Notes: a model not told the origin generated them from the sequence alone. 64,000 bases of DNA from an uncultured Eubacteriales bacterium (GCA_902798105.1 CADBVG010000015.1:4916-68915); one strand, 5' to 3'. Shown: positions 40,817 through 53,132, counted from the stretch's first letter. Program-made: numbers and translations.

Positions 40817-41701
40817 CTATGCGTTCTCCACCGCGGGGTTGACGTGGATCATGATGTGTTTGACCTGGGGAAAGGCCTTTTCCACGTCGTCGTGGACCTC
40901 CTCGGCGATGGCATGGGCTGCGCTGAGGGTAAGCGCGTCGTCCATGGCGATCTCCAGCTCCACATACAGGCGGCTGCCAAACTCCCGGGTGCGCAGCACG
41001 TCGATGCGGCGAACGCCGGGATGGGCCTGTACGCACTTGCGAATCTCCCCCTCGGTCTGCGCATCACCGCTGTGGTCCACCATGCGGTCCACGGCGTCCC
41101 GGAAGATGTCGAAAGCGGCCTTGACGATGAAGGCGCAGATGACCACACTGGCCAGGGGGTCCATCATCGGCACGCCCAGGCGCGCCCCCGCGATGCCCAC
41201 CAGCGCGCCCACGGAGCTGAGGGCGTCGGAGCGGTGGTGCCAGGCGTCGGCCATCAGCGCCGGCGACGCCAGCTTTTTGGCATAGCCCCGGGTGTACCAG
41301 AACATGCCCTCCTTCACGGCGATGGACACGATGGCCGCCACCAGCGCCAGCAGCCCCGGCACCGGCCTGTCGCCCGCCTGGCCGGTCAGGATTTCCCTTG
41401 CCCCGTTATAGCCGATCAGCAATCCCGTGACCAGCAGCACCCCCGCCAACACAATGGCAGCCACACACTCCATGCGCTCGTGGCCGTAGGGATGCTCCCT
41501 GTCCGCGGCCTTGCCGGAGAGCTTCAGGCCGATCATGACAATGAGCGTGCTGAAAATATCCGAGGCCGAGTGCACCGCGTCGGAGACCATCGCCCCGGAA
41601 TGGGCAATCAACCCCGCCGCCAGCTTGCCCGCGGACAGCAGCAGGTTGACCAGTATGCTGACGCTTGAAACCCTCAGCGCCTCCTGTGACTGGTTTTGCA
41701 T
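40817..41701 (-). CDS. Cation diffusion facilitator family transporter
   Basis: ORF trimmed to MQNQSQEALRVSS (GGGAGGAG RBS). Motifs HSGAMVSDAVHSASD and HPYGHERME. Six TM plus a cytoplasmic C-domain. Confidence 0.9.
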   Translation of the reverse strand: MQNQSQEALRVSSVSILVNLLLSAGKLAAGLIAHSGAMVSDAVHSASDIFSTLIVMIGLKLSGKAADREHPYGHERMECVAAIVLAGVLLVTGLLIGYNGAREILTGQAGDRPVPGLLALVAAIVSIAVKEGMFWYTRGYAKKLASPALMADAWHHRSDALSSVGALVGIAGARLGVPMMDPLASVVICAFIVKAAFDIFRDAVDRMVDHSGDAQTEGEIRKCVQAHPGVRRIDVLRTREFGSRLYVELEIAMDDALTLSAAHAIAEEVHDDVEKAFPQVKHIMIHVNPAVENA

Positions 41702-41877
41702 AAGTCTTTTCTCCTCCCGCCCACGAAATATAAAAAAAACCGTGGGCAAGTCATTGTACGACTGTCCCGCGGATCAGATGACCATCCGCTATCACTTCCG
41801 TGACCCGGCTCCCAAGGGCCTGTTCAATGGTATTTTACCTGATTTTTGTGAAAAAAGCAAGTAAAGAATCAAAAAGA

Positions 41878-41906
41878 TTGAACCCACAGAGGATTTTTGC
41901 TATAAT
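41878..41906 (+). promoter_or_regulatory. Sigma-A promoter of the GH42 gene
   Basis: TTGAAC, 17 nt, TGcTATAAT (extended -10), 35 nt upstream of the ATG. Confidence 0.6.
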
Positions 41907-41940
41907 TCATACATGCAAACTACAAAAGGAGAAGGGCGAC

Positions 41941-43962
41941 ATGACTGAACTGAAGCTTCCGTTTTTCGGGCATGGCGGCGACTACAACCCCGACCAATGG
42001 CTGGACCGGCCCGACATACTTGAAGAAGACATCCGACTGATGAAGCTGGCGGGCTGCAACCTGATGAGTGTGGGCATATTCGCCTGGTCCGCGCTGGAGC
42101 CCGAGGAGGGGCATTTTACCCTCGACTGGCTGGAAGGAGTGCTTGATCGGCTGCACGAAGCCGGGATCTCTGTGTTTCTGGCCACGCCCAGCGGCGCGCG
42201 GCCGGCGTGGATGAGCCAGCGCTACCCCGAGGTATTGCGGGTGCGGCCGGATGGGACGCGCAACCTCCACGGCGGCCGGCACAACCACTGCTTCACCTCC
42301 CCCGTCTACCGGCGCTTCGTGCAGCGGATCAACCGCGCCCTGGCCGAGCGCTTCGGCAAGCACCCCGCGGTAGTGGGCTGGCACATCTCCAACGAGTACA
42401 GCGGCGAATGCCACTGCGCGCTTTGCCAGGGCGCCTTCCGGGCATTCCTGAAGGACCGCTACGGCACACTGGACGCCCTGAACCACGCATGGTGGACCGG
42501 CTTCTGGAGCAAGACCTACACGGACTGGGAGCAGCTGCACAGCCCGTCGCCCATCGGCGAAGAATCCATCCACGGGCTGAACCTGGCCTGGAAGCGCTTT
42601 GTCACCCACCAGACCGTGGATTTCATACGTGCCGAGGCGGAACCCCTGCGCGCCCTGACCCCAAACCTGCCTGTCACCACGAATCTGATGGAGATGTTCG
42701 GGGGCCTGAATTACTATGAGTTGGCCGCTGCGCTGGACTTTGCCAGCTTCGACAGCTACCCCAGGTGGGGCCACGGCGAAGCAGAACAGACCGCGCTGGG
42801 GGCCGCCTTCAACTACGATTGGATGCGTTCATTGAAACAGAAGCCCTTTGCGCTGATGGAGTCCACGCCGTCCCAGGTCAACTGGCACGAGGTGTGCAAG
42901 CTGAAGAAGCCGGGGATGCACGTGCTGTCCAGCCTTCAAGCGGTTGCCCACGGCGCGGACACCGTGCAGTACTTCCAGTGGCGCAAAAGCCGGGGCGCGT
43001 CGGAGAAGTTCCACGGCGCGGTGGTGGATCACGTCGGCCACGAGCACACCCGCACCTTCCGGGACGTACAGGCGGTGGGAGACCTGCTTCCAAGGCTGAA
43101 GGAAGTCCTCGGAGCCATGCCCGGGGCCAAAGCGGCGCTGATGTTCGACGCCGAAAACCGCTGGGCGCTGGAGGACTGCCAGGGGCCCCGCCGGGACATG
43201 AGGCACGACGAAACCGTGCTCAGCCACTACCGCGCTTTGAAGCGGCAAGGCATCGACCTTGACATCATCGACGAGACCTGTAGCTTCGACAAATACCGGC
43301 TGATCGCCGCTCCGATGCTGTACATGCTGCGCCCCGGCGTCGGCAGGCGGCTTGAAGCCTTTGTGCGCGGGGGCGGCACGCTGGTGTGCAGCTGCCCCAC
43401 CGGCCGGGTAGACGAGGACGACCTGTGCTTCCTGGGCGGCTTCCCCGGCCCGCTGCGCTCGATCCTGGGCATCTGGGCCGAGGAAACAGACGCGCTCTAC
43501 GACGACGAGCGAAACGGGATGCGCACAGCCGACGGTCGGGTCTACACCTGCGGCACCCTCTGCGACCTGATCCACGCCGAGGGAGCGGAGACCCTCGCCA
43601 CCTACACCGACGACTTCTACGCGGGCATGCCCTGCGTCACCGTGAACCGCTGCGGCGCGGGCAGGGCCTACTACATCGCAACATGCCCGGATGCGGCCTT
43701 CCTGGACGATTTCTACGGGACCATTATCCCCGAGGCAAGCATCACGCCAGTGGTGTGTGGACTGCCCGAGGGCGTGCAGGCAACCCGGCGGGGCAACACC
43801 GCCTTCATACTGAACTTCTCCGGCACTGCGGCGGAGGTGGCACTGCCCCAGGGGGTAGACGTTCTCACCGGCGAAATCACCGGCGGCATCGCAGCGCTGC
43901 CGGTCAACGGCTATCGGATCATAAGACTGAAATCAAAAGGAGTAGATGCGCAAAATGGTTAA
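41941..43962 (+). CDS. GH42 beta-galactosidase
   Basis: ORF trimmed to MTELKLPFFGHGGDYNPDQW (AAAGGAG RBS). WHISNEYSGECHCALC carries the catalytic acid/base NEY plus the Cys cluster typical of GH42. Confidence 0.93.
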   Translation: MTELKLPFFGHGGDYNPDQWLDRPDILEEDIRLMKLAGCNLMSVGIFAWSALEPEEGHFTLDWLEGVLDRLHEAGISVFLATPSGARPAWMSQRYPEVLRVRPDGTRNLHGGRHNHCFTSPVYRRFVQRINRALAERFGKHPAVVGWHISNEYSGECHCALCQGAFRAFLKDRYGTLDALNHAWWTGFWSKTYTDWEQLHSPSPIGEESIHGLNLAWKRFVTHQTVDFIRAEAEPLRALTPNLPVTTNLMEMFGGLNYYELAAALDFASFDSYPRWGHGEAEQTALGAAFNYDWMRSLKQKPFALMESTPSQVNWHEVCKLKKPGMHVLSSLQAVAHGADTVQYFQWRKSRGASEKFHGAVVDHVGHEHTRTFRDVQAVGDLLPRLKEVLGAMPGAKAALMFDAENRWALEDCQGPRRDMRHDETVLSHYRALKRQGIDLDIIDETCSFDKYRLIAAPMLYMLRPGVGRRLEAFVRGGGTLVCSCPTGRVDEDDLCFLGGFPGPLRSILGIWAEETDALYDDERNGMRTADGRVYTCGTLCDLIHAEGAETLATYTDDFYAGMPCVTVNRCGAGRAYYIATCPDAAFLDDFYGTIIPEASITPVVCGLPEGVQATRRGNTAFILNFSGTAAEVALPQGVDVLTGEITGGIAALPVNGYRIIRLKSKGVDAQNG

Positions 43963-44779
43963 AGACATACGGCTCATCGCCCTGGACCTGGATGGCACGC
44001 TGCTGACCACCGACAAGCGGCTGACCGAGCGCAACCTCGGAGCGCTGGAGCGTGCCAGCGAGAAGGGCATCTATATCGTACCGGTTACGGGCCGCATCTT
44101 CCGTGGCCTGCCCCAGGCGGTGCTGGACTGGCCCTTCCTGAAATACGCCATACTCTCCAACGGCGCGGCGGTGTACGACGTGCTGAACGACAAAATGCTT
44201 TGCCGCGCCGAGATCCCGCTTGCGCAGGCGCTGGAGATCATGCGTTGGCTCGACGGCCAGCCACTGATCTATGACTGCTACATGGAAGGCCAGGGCTTTA
44301 TGACCGAGGTCATGTGGCAGCAGATCGACATTTACGCGGCCAGCCCCATCGTGGTAGAATACATGAAATCCATCCGTACACCGGTGCCGGAACTGAAGGC
44401 GCACATAAGGGCGCGGGGCAGCGACATACAGAAGATACAAGCGTTCTGCCGGGACGTTGATACCCAGCGTCGCCTGCTGGACCATTTCCCCTTTCCGAAT
44501 ATCGCCGTGTCCTCGTCTGTGCCGAGAAACGTTGAGATCAACCGCGAGGACGCCACCAAGGGCCGGGCACTGCTGGCACTGGCCGAACATCTGGGCATCG
44601 CGCGCGAGCAGACCATGGCCTTCGGGGATGGCCTCAACGACATCACCATGATCGAGTGCGCCGGCGTCGGCGTGGCCATGGGCAACGCCGTGGACGAAGT
44701 GAAGCGCGTTGCAGATGAAATCACCGCCACCAACGACGAAGACGGCGTGGCGGCGGTGGTTGAGGGCCTGCTGGTTTGA
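43955..44779 (+). CDS. Cof-type HAD-IIB phosphatase
   Basis: LIALDLDGTLLT, VTGR and GDGLNDITMIE motifs. The start (43946 or 43955) overlaps the end of the GH42 gene. Confidence 0.85.
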   Translation: MVKDIRLIALDLDGTLLTTDKRLTERNLGALERASEKGIYIVPVTGRIFRGLPQAVLDWPFLKYAILSNGAAVYDVLNDKMLCRAEIPLAQALEIMRWLDGQPLIYDCYMEGQGFMTEVMWQQIDIYAASPIVVEYMKSIRTPVPELKAHIRARGSDIQKIQAFCRDVDTQRRLLDHFPFPNIAVSSSVPRNVEINREDATKGRALLALAEHLGIAREQTMAFGDGLNDITMIECAGVGVAMGNAVDEVKRVADEITATNDEDGVAAVVEGLLV

Positions 44780-44811
44780 CAAATTCTGATTTGTCGAGCA
44801 GTTGACGAAGG

Positions 44812-44843
44812 CTCCAAAAGTGGCCTTCCCCCGGTGGGGAAGG
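44812..44843 (-). terminator. Candidate terminator for the minus-strand pectin operon (left arm of the module)
   Basis: Minus-sense CCTTCCCC accg GGGGAAGG followed by CCACTTTTGG. It lies about 165 nt past the CE8 stop codon. Confidence 0.5.
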
Positions 44844-44960
44844 TGGATTTGACGAAAAATGCTTGCATTGTTTCGTCAGGTCCTTGGCGCTGAGACAACG
44901 TCTATTGAAGCATAGGCGCGAACCACTATGGCGGGGGACCTCATCCGGCGCTACGCGCCA

Positions 44961-44986
44961 CCTTCCCCATAGGGGAAGGCTTTTTG
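44961..44986 (+). terminator. Rho-independent terminator for the plus-strand GH42-cof unit (right arm of the module)
   Basis: CCTTCCCC ata GGGGAAGG c TTTTT. It lies about 180 nt past the cof stop codon. Confidence 0.7.
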
Positions 44987-45008
44987 GCTACCGCAACAGC
45001 CCGACAAA

Positions 45009-45986
45009 TCAGAATTTGTCTATGACCCCCGGCACCCACCCATCCAATACCGCCTCCGGTGTCACCTTCGTGGCCTCTGAATTGGTCAGGATCGCCTGGC
45101 CCGGGTGGCGGGTGGAGAGGTCGGCCCGGACGCCGGTGGTACCCCACTCGCCGCAGCGGCGGGTGATCGGACGCACGCCGTCCCAGTTCTGCCAGTCCTC
45201 AAACCCGGCGGGATTCACATGCTCATCCATGTCGCAGGCCAGGAACAGCGTGCGGGCGAAGGCCCGCCAGGGACGGCCCAGGCTGCCCGCGCCGCTTTCA
45301 CATTCCCCCGTCAGGCGACAGCGGTGGAATACCAGCCCCCAGGGTTGCGCCTCGGGTGTGTTGGCCGCCGTGTACCAGCCGCCCCGCCGGTTCATGTACA
45401 GCGTGCAGCCCTCAAACCAGCAGCGGTAGGGGCCGAATATGAAGTCCACATCCCCCTGTATCAAGCAATTCACAAAGCACTGGCGCTCCCGGGTGGGCGG
45501 ACAATCCCCCGTGGAGGGCACAGTCGTCACGCCCGCCATCGTCCGGGGCGCGACCTCGTCCAGCACCTTGGGCATCACCGGCCCGCAGAACAGGGTATCC
45601 TGATGGGCGATGAAGCGGCAGTTCTTCCACAGGCCCCGGTCCCCCGCTGCGTAGACCGCCACGGCCTGGCCCACCTCCCGGCCATCCCCGGCGTCGTTGC
45701 GCACGGTCAGGTTTTCCACGGTGACATCGCTGCCCAGCACCAGCAGCGTGGCGGACAGAAAGGTACCCTTCTCCCGTCCGTCCGGATAGGTGTCCTTCGC
45801 GCAACCCGAGCTGGTGAGCACCGTGTCGTCCTCGCCAACGACGCGCAATTTGTCACGGTGGATTACCACCCGCTCCCGGTAGACCCCGGGCTTCAACAGC
45901 AGTTCGTCCCCCGGCGCGGCGGCATCCACCCCAGCCTGAAGGGATGTATAATCCCCGCTGCCATCCAGCGCAATCACATACTTCAT
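45009..45986 (-). CDS. Pectinesterase (CE8)
   Basis: CE8 motifs QAVAVYAAGDR, QDTLF and QGDVDFIFG. Confidence 0.9.
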   Translation of the reverse strand: MKYVIALDGSGDYTSLQAGVDAAAPGDELLLKPGVYRERVVIHRDKLRVVGEDDTVLTSSGCAKDTYPDGREKGTFLSATLLVLGSDVTVENLTVRNDAGDGREVGQAVAVYAAGDRGLWKNCRFIAHQDTLFCGPVMPKVLDEVAPRTMAGVTTVPSTGDCPPTRERQCFVNCLIQGDVDFIFGPYRCWFEGCTLYMNRRGGWYTAANTPEAQPWGLVFHRCRLTGECESGAGSLGRPWRAFARTLFLACDMDEHVNPAGFEDWQNWDGVRPITRRCGEWGTTGVRADLSTRHPGQAILTNSEATKVTPEAVLDGWVPGVIDKF

Positions 45987-46819
45987 GCCATTTCCACCGC
46001 CAGTCTCTCCAGCAGCGCCCGCGCCGCCTCGGCATTGCCCGGGTTGGTGTTCTCCAGCGTCATGGGCAGTTTCTTTTCCTGCGCGAATTCCAGCAGGCGA
46101 TCGTATTTCATCAGTCCCGTGCCGCAGGCGCAGGCCTTTGTCATAAACGAATCGGGGTCCACTGTGTAATCCTTCATGTGCAGCACGCTCACCCGGTCGC
46201 CGAAGCGATGTATGGCCTCGTCGACGATGGCGTCAGCATCTGTATGGTTGTCCCGGGTCAGAAGGTTCACGACATCCAGGATCACCCGCACGTGGTCCGA
46301 TTTCAGAATGTCCAGCACCTGCTCCATCCGCTGAGGGGTATTGACGATGTGGCAGGCCACGGGTTCAATGGCCAGGATCGCCCCCTCCTCCTCCGCGCAG
46401 CGAGCCAGCGGCTCTACGCAACGGATGAACAGCGAAAGCGCCTCCGGGTCGTGGATGTCAAGGGACACGCCCGGCGCGAGGGGCGTCTCGGTGCCCACGA
46501 CCCCGGCCCCCATCATCCGGGCAAAGCGCAGGTGGGCGCGGTAGATGGCCCGGGTATGCGCCAGCGCCTCGTCGTCGGCTGTGGCCAGCTTCAGGTAGCA
46601 GCCCAATACCGCGCATTCAAGGCCTGCTTCCGCGAAGGCGGCTTTCACCGACGCAGCCATGTCCGCGTCCAGCCGATCGGGGGCATCCTCCATATTAAAG
46701 CCGTCGATAACCTTCGACAGGGCCAGGTGGGCGCAGGAAAAGCCCTGCGCCTTCGCAAAGCCGAGCCGCTCCTCCAGCGACCCCGGCGCGGTATCGTGCA
46801 GGCGAATGCCGATGTTCAT
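45983..46819 (-). CDS. Sugar phosphate isomerase/epimerase (xylose-isomerase-like TIM barrel)
   Basis: ORF trimmed to MNIGIRLHDTAPGS. AP-endonuclease-2/TIM-barrel pattern (VGTETP..., ILAIEPV..., LHMKDY). ATGA-type overlap with the CE8 start. Confidence 0.8.
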   Translation of the reverse strand: MNIGIRLHDTAPGSLEERLGFAKAQGFSCAHLALSKVIDGFNMEDAPDRLDADMAASVKAAFAEAGLECAVLGCYLKLATADDEALAHTRAIYRAHLRFARMMGAGVVGTETPLAPGVSLDIHDPEALSLFIRCVEPLARCAEEEGAILAIEPVACHIVNTPQRMEQVLDILKSDHVRVILDVVNLLTRDNHTDADAIVDEAIHRFGDRVSVLHMKDYTVDPDSFMTKACACGTGLMKYDRLLEFAQEKKLPMTLENTNPGNAEAARALLERLAVEMA

Positions 46820-46891
46820 AGCGTTCTTTCCTTTCATTGACAAAATGCAAGGGCGGCGTTGCGCCGCCCCTATAGTCATTTCATTCGTCGT

Positions 46892-47968
<1,077 letters not shown>

Positions 47969-48004
47969 ATCACTGCCTCCTTGAGTGTAATCGTTCGTTC
48001 CCTG

Positions 48005-49138
48005 TCATCCGCGCACCTGACGGCGCTTGACCTCGGTATAGCACAGCACGAAGGGCGCGACGCCCTTGGCGTCGTTTTGCACCACCGGTTCAGAGATATA
48101 ATAGGCATAGGTGCCATCGCGACGCCGGTTGTCCTCCGGGCCGAGCCCCGCCACCAGGCAGATGCCGCCCAGGTGCAGGGCCCCATCCTCGAAGGACAGG
48201 TAGCGCCTGCCGATGCCGTCGAAGGTGGCCTGGCCCCGGTCGGCGTAGGCGGGGTCCAGTGCCCCCAGCCGCGCGCCCTTCATCATGGCATAGGCCAGCA
48301 TGGCGCTGCCGCTGGATTCCAGGTAATTGCCCGCTTCGCCGGGCTTGTCAGGCACCTGGTAGTACATCGCGGTCTGCGGGTCGTGGTAGTGCCAGACGTG
48401 GGCCAACAGATCGGACAATATGTCCTTCACCATGTCCCGGCCCTCGCCCTCGGGCAACAGCTCGACGAGATCCGCCAGCGCCACCGCGAACCAGCCGATG
48501 CTCCGCAGCCAAAAGCTCTTGGAAAGCCCGGTCACCGGGTCGGCCCAGAAGGCGCTTCGGCTGGCATCGTAGCCGTGGTAATACAGGCCGGTGATTTCGT
48601 CGCGCATGTGCTCGCGAACGGTCCTGACCTGGCGGATCACATCGCTGTAATCCCCGTTGCCGAAGTGCTTTTCGTACATCGTCAGGAAGGGCATGGCCAT
48701 GTAGATGCCGTCCAGCCACACCTGGTTGGGATAGATCTGCTTGTGCCAGAAGCTGCCCTCGGCGGTACGAGGCTGTGCGTCCAGGGCCCGTTTCAGCGTG
48801 TCGGCGCCGAGGCGGTACTTCCGAAGGCTGGTACGGTCATAGAGCGGGAACAGCACCCGCCCCTCGTTGATGTCGTCCAGCGTGTGCTTCCCGGGATTGA
48901 AGGTGCGGATGGCGCCGTCCTCCCCCACGAAGGCGTCGACGAAGTTCCTGACGAAATTGAAGTAATGGTCATCGCCGGAAATGTCGGCCATCGCCAGCAG
49001 TGCGGTGAGCATGCAGCCGTCGATGTAGTTCCAGTTGGTGGGCACCCCGTCCCGCACACGCTCGATGTTCCAGGCGGTGCGCTCGGGGGACGATTGCTCG
49101 ATCAGGCTGTATACATAGCGGTCAATGGCCTCATACAT
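48005..49138 (-). CDS. GH88/GH105 family unsaturated (rhamno)galacturonyl/glucuronyl hydrolase
   Basis: ORF trimmed to MYEAIDRYVYSL. YteR/UGL-like alpha/alpha-barrel pattern (NWNYIDGCMLTALL, FWHKQIYPNQVWLDGIYMAMPFL, YHGYDASR, WLRSIGWF). Confidence 0.88.
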   Translation of the reverse strand: MYEAIDRYVYSLIEQSSPERTAWNIERVRDGVPTNWNYIDGCMLTALLAMADISGDDHYFNFVRNFVDAFVGEDGAIRTFNPGKHTLDDINEGRVLFPLYDRTSLRKYRLGADTLKRALDAQPRTAEGSFWHKQIYPNQVWLDGIYMAMPFLTMYEKHFGNGDYSDVIRQVRTVREHMRDEITGLYYHGYDASRSAFWADPVTGLSKSFWLRSIGWFAVALADLVELLPEGEGRDMVKDILSDLLAHVWHYHDPQTAMYYQVPDKPGEAGNYLESSGSAMLAYAMMKGARLGALDPAYADRGQATFDGIGRRYLSFEDGALHLGGICLVAGLGPEDNRRRDGTYAYYISEPVVQNDAKGVAPFVLCYTEVKRRQVRG

Positions 49139-49265
49139 GGCGCTGCACCTCATTTTATTCGCTCTGTTCGGTTCCGTCCGGCGTGTAACGACGGTGCCTG
49201 CACCGCCACGGTGGCTATTTGGGAGGCGGCCGCTTTGATCGACGCCTGACAGGCGTAATCGTCTG

Positions 49266-50816
49266 TCATTCGGCGATGACTTCCCCGACCCCCCGGGTCA
49301 GCACGGCTTCCCCCGCCTGTCCTTCGATGACGACGTTCTTGAGTCGTACCCGCTTCACATTTTCAAACCACAGCCCCAGCTTGCAGCGCTCAGGCGCGTT
49401 GGTGAACATTGACGGTTCCCCCGGGCGGGCGTCTTCAGTGAAGGTCACCTGCACGTTTTCGAGGGCGACCTCCTCAATGGGCTGCTCCGGCAGGCCGTCG
49501 CAATAACAGGCGGCCACCTCGGCATCCACGCAGTCCATGTTCGAGAATCGGAAGCGGCCCAGGCGGGGCGTCCGCGCATCCACCGGTATGGGAGCGCGGC
49601 CCTGGACGTACTCGGAATCGCCGTCCGGGTCCACGCAGCGGTACCACATGTTCATCACGATGGGGGTCAACACCCCCTCCATGCGGATGTTGTCAAAGGC
49701 GATGCCGTCGATGTCGCAGTCCTTGCCCCGGCCCCGGCGGGTCTTGATGCGCAGGCCCCGATCCGTCTGCCGGAACAGGCACTGGCTGACCGACAGCGCC
49801 TTGACGCCGCCGGAAATCTCGCTGCCCAGCACGATCGCACCATGGCCAAAGGCCATCAGGCAGTTGCGGATGGTGTGCTGTATGGCGGGCCAGTGGTTCT
49901 CCCCCGACTCGCCTTGCTTGCCGGACTTGATGGCGATGCAGTCGTCCCCCACCGAGAAGCGGCAGCCCACGATGTCAACGCCGTCGCAGCTCTCCGGGTC
50001 CAGGGCGTCGGTGTTGGGGCTGTCCTTCGGGGCGGAGACCGAGACATCGTAGAACGCCATGTTCCAGCTCCTGTAGGGGTGAAGCTGCCAGGAGGCGGAA
50101 TTGGCGGCGTCGATGCCATGCACGATCACGTTGTTGCAGGCGTTGAAGAACAGCAGCCTCGGCCGGGCCACCGGGTCCTGCTGGAAGGTCTGCCACCAGG
50201 TGCCGTGCTGGGCGTCGCCGTCCACCCGGCCCGGGCCGACGATGCGGATGTCCTCGGCGTACTCGGCGGTGAGCAGCGATGCGTACATGCTCTTGGGCTG
50301 GCCCTCAAAGGTGCCAAAGCGCACATCGTCGCCGCCATCCAGGTCGACCATTCCGGCGGGAACCACCGGATAGGCGGCCTTGTCCGTCAGGCCCATCAGC
50401 GTCGTGCCCTCGGTCAATTCGAGGGTCATGTGGCTCTTGAGCAGTATCGGACCCGTCAGGTAGGTACCCGGGGGAAACACCAGCCGCCCATCCTCGGGCA
50501 GCATCATCACGGCCCACTGTATGGCCGAGGTGTCCACGGTCACGCCGTCGCCCTTCGCGCCAAAGTCCTTCACGCTGACGGCGCAGCTCTCGTCCTTCGT
50601 GGCGATTTCAATCGTATGGGTATCCGCGCCCATGCACAGCGTCACTCGGTAGGCCGTACCGGGCTTGAGCCCGTACAGGGAAAACACGTTCTCCCTGCCT
50701 TCCTTCACCGCTTCGCCGTCCAGCAGCACCCGCCAGGCCTCCAGGGCATAATATGGGGACTGGTTTTCCAGTTCAAAGCACGCCGAGGTCGAGCCAACAT
50801 AGATGGCATGAAACAC
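49266..50816 (-). CDS. GH28 polygalacturonase / exo-galacturonosidase
   Basis: GH28 motifs SPNTDALD, VGDDCIAIKSG, FGHGAIVLGSE and GLRIKT. An N-terminal extra beta domain is present. Confidence 0.9.
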   Translation of the reverse strand: MFHAIYVGSTSACFELENQSPYYALEAWRVLLDGEAVKEGRENVFSLYGLKPGTAYRVTLCMGADTHTIEIATKDESCAVSVKDFGAKGDGVTVDTSAIQWAVMMLPEDGRLVFPPGTYLTGPILLKSHMTLELTEGTTLMGLTDKAAYPVVPAGMVDLDGGDDVRFGTFEGQPKSMYASLLTAEYAEDIRIVGPGRVDGDAQHGTWWQTFQQDPVARPRLLFFNACNNVIVHGIDAANSASWQLHPYRSWNMAFYDVSVSAPKDSPNTDALDPESCDGVDIVGCRFSVGDDCIAIKSGKQGESGENHWPAIQHTIRNCLMAFGHGAIVLGSEISGGVKALSVSQCLFRQTDRGLRIKTRRGRGKDCDIDGIAFDNIRMEGVLTPIVMNMWYRCVDPDGDSEYVQGRAPIPVDARTPRLGRFRFSNMDCVDAEVAACYCDGLPEQPIEEVALENVQVTFTEDARPGEPSMFTNAPERCKLGLWFENVKRVRLKNVVIEGQAGEAVLTRGVGEVIAE

Positions 50817-50822
50817 GGGCGA

Positions 50823-51461
50823 CTACACTCCCTTTGAGGCGCGCCGGGCGTCCGAGAAGACGCTTTGCGCCGTATGCTTGATCTTGATCAGCAGCGTATC
50901 CCACACCGTGGTGAACACGCCGAAGAGTATCGGGCCCACGCCCAGGGGCACGGTATCCGCCGCGCCGGTGAAATGGATGATGGCCAGGTTGATGGCATTG
51001 TAGGTGGTGACCACCAGGAACAGCAGCACCCCCGCGTAGAGGATGTTCAGCGGCAGCGTGTAGAAGGCTTTCTGGGGGAACATCATCCAACGGTCGTTGG
51101 CGCTCGGGGTCCTGGCGTAGAACCGGAAGATGTTATTGGTCAACAGGTCAGTCACCGCCCCCAGTGCCAGCGCCAGCACCACCAGCTGGTCCAGCCAGCT
51201 GTGCAGGTAGGTACCCAGCCCCCACAGGAAGAAGAAGCAGGTCGCGCCGTTGAACCAGAATTTGATCAGCAGCGCCTTCAGGGTATCGGACAGCTTCAGC
51301 TTCGGGCCGGAGCGGTACTTGCGCAGCTCCGCCTCGCTCACCTTCGGCGAATTGCTCTCGTCCGCGGTGACCAGGTCATCCACCGCCTTGAGGTTCAGCT
51401 TGTAATAGTCCGCCGTCGATTGGGGCGCATCCTTGGGCGTATTCCTATGTTTTCGAGCCAT
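50823..51461 (-). CDS. Uncharacterised 4-TM membrane protein (M4)
   Basis: Hydrophilic N-tail of 60 aa, then four hydrophobic helices. It stops 6 nt before the GH28 start. The RBS is weak. Confidence 0.6.
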   Translation of the reverse strand: MARKHRNTPKDAPQSTADYYKLNLKAVDDLVTADESNSPKVSEAELRKYRSGPKLKLSDTLKALLIKFWFNGATCFFFLWGLGTYLHSWLDQLVVLALALGAVTDLLTNNIFRFYARTPSANDRWMMFPQKAFYTLPLNILYAGVLLFLVVTTYNAINLAIIHFTGAADTVPLGVGPILFGVFTTVWDTLLIKIKHTAQSVFSDARRASKGV

Positions 51462-51491
51462 GCCAGTGTGCGCCGTCGCGCCTTGCGGCGA

Positions 51492-52055
51492 CTACGCGTC
51501 CTCCCCGCTGATATCAATGGCCGCCATGTCGTCGTTCTCAGCCACGTCCACATTGGTGTTGATCTTCTTCAGAGCCTTGGAGTATACCGGCAGCAGCGCC
51601 ACCAGCGCCACGCCTGCGATCAGTATGATCCTGTGCACGGTCAGCATGTGCATGGCCTTGGTGATATAGATCTTGTCCGGGGTCACGGTAATGGGGTTGA
51701 CCTCGCGGGTCAGCGCCTCGGTGATGCGGCCCTGGTAGAAGATGCCGGCATAGATGATGATGCCCACCAGCACGAACATCAGCGCCAGCATGGGCACGTT
51801 CACCTTCTTGCGATGGGGAAAGGCGTTCATGAAGCAGACCATCAGCAGGATCGAGAACAGCATGGTGGCAAAGCCTGCCAGGCCCATGCCGGGCAGGTTG
51901 ATGTAGGCCGTGGTATCCGAAATCTTCGTCAGGTTCAGGGAATAATAGACGAAGGCCAGGGCGAAGGCGATGAGGGCGATGGTCTGGGGCTTGCGCTTCA
52001 GCGCGACGATGCGCTTGCGAATGAACTCACTGAAACCCTTGGGCTGGTTGGCCAT
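51492..52055 (-). CDS. Uncharacterised 4-TM membrane protein (M3)
   Basis: Basic N-tail, four TM helices, a short basic TM2-TM3 loop (PHRKKVN) and an acidic tail. It starts 3 nt after the ATPase stop. Confidence 0.65.
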   Translation of the reverse strand: MANQPKGFSEFIRKRIVALKRKPQTIALIAFALAFVYYSLNLTKISDTTAYINLPGMGLAGFATMLFSILLMVCFMNAFPHRKKVNVPMLALMFVLVGIIIYAGIFYQGRITEALTREVNPITVTPDKIYITKAMHMLTVHRIILIAGVALVALLPVYSKALKKINTNVDVAENDDMAAIDISGEDA

Positions 52056-52058
52056 GTC

Positions 52059-53132
<1,074 letters not shown>

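Larger units (their letters stand above)
44778..45020. repeat. 243-bp palindromic intergenic module (inverted arms of about 65 nt, each with two hairpins, plus a central hairpin)
   Basis: The ends GACAAATTCTGATTTGTC (44778-44795) and GACAAATCAGAATTTGTC (45003-45020) are reverse complements. Inner hairpins CCTTCCCC nnnn GGGGAAGG sit at 44824-44843 and 44961-44979. The central hairpin GACGAAAAATGC tt GCATTGTTTCGTC is at 44851-44877. Confidence 0.9.
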
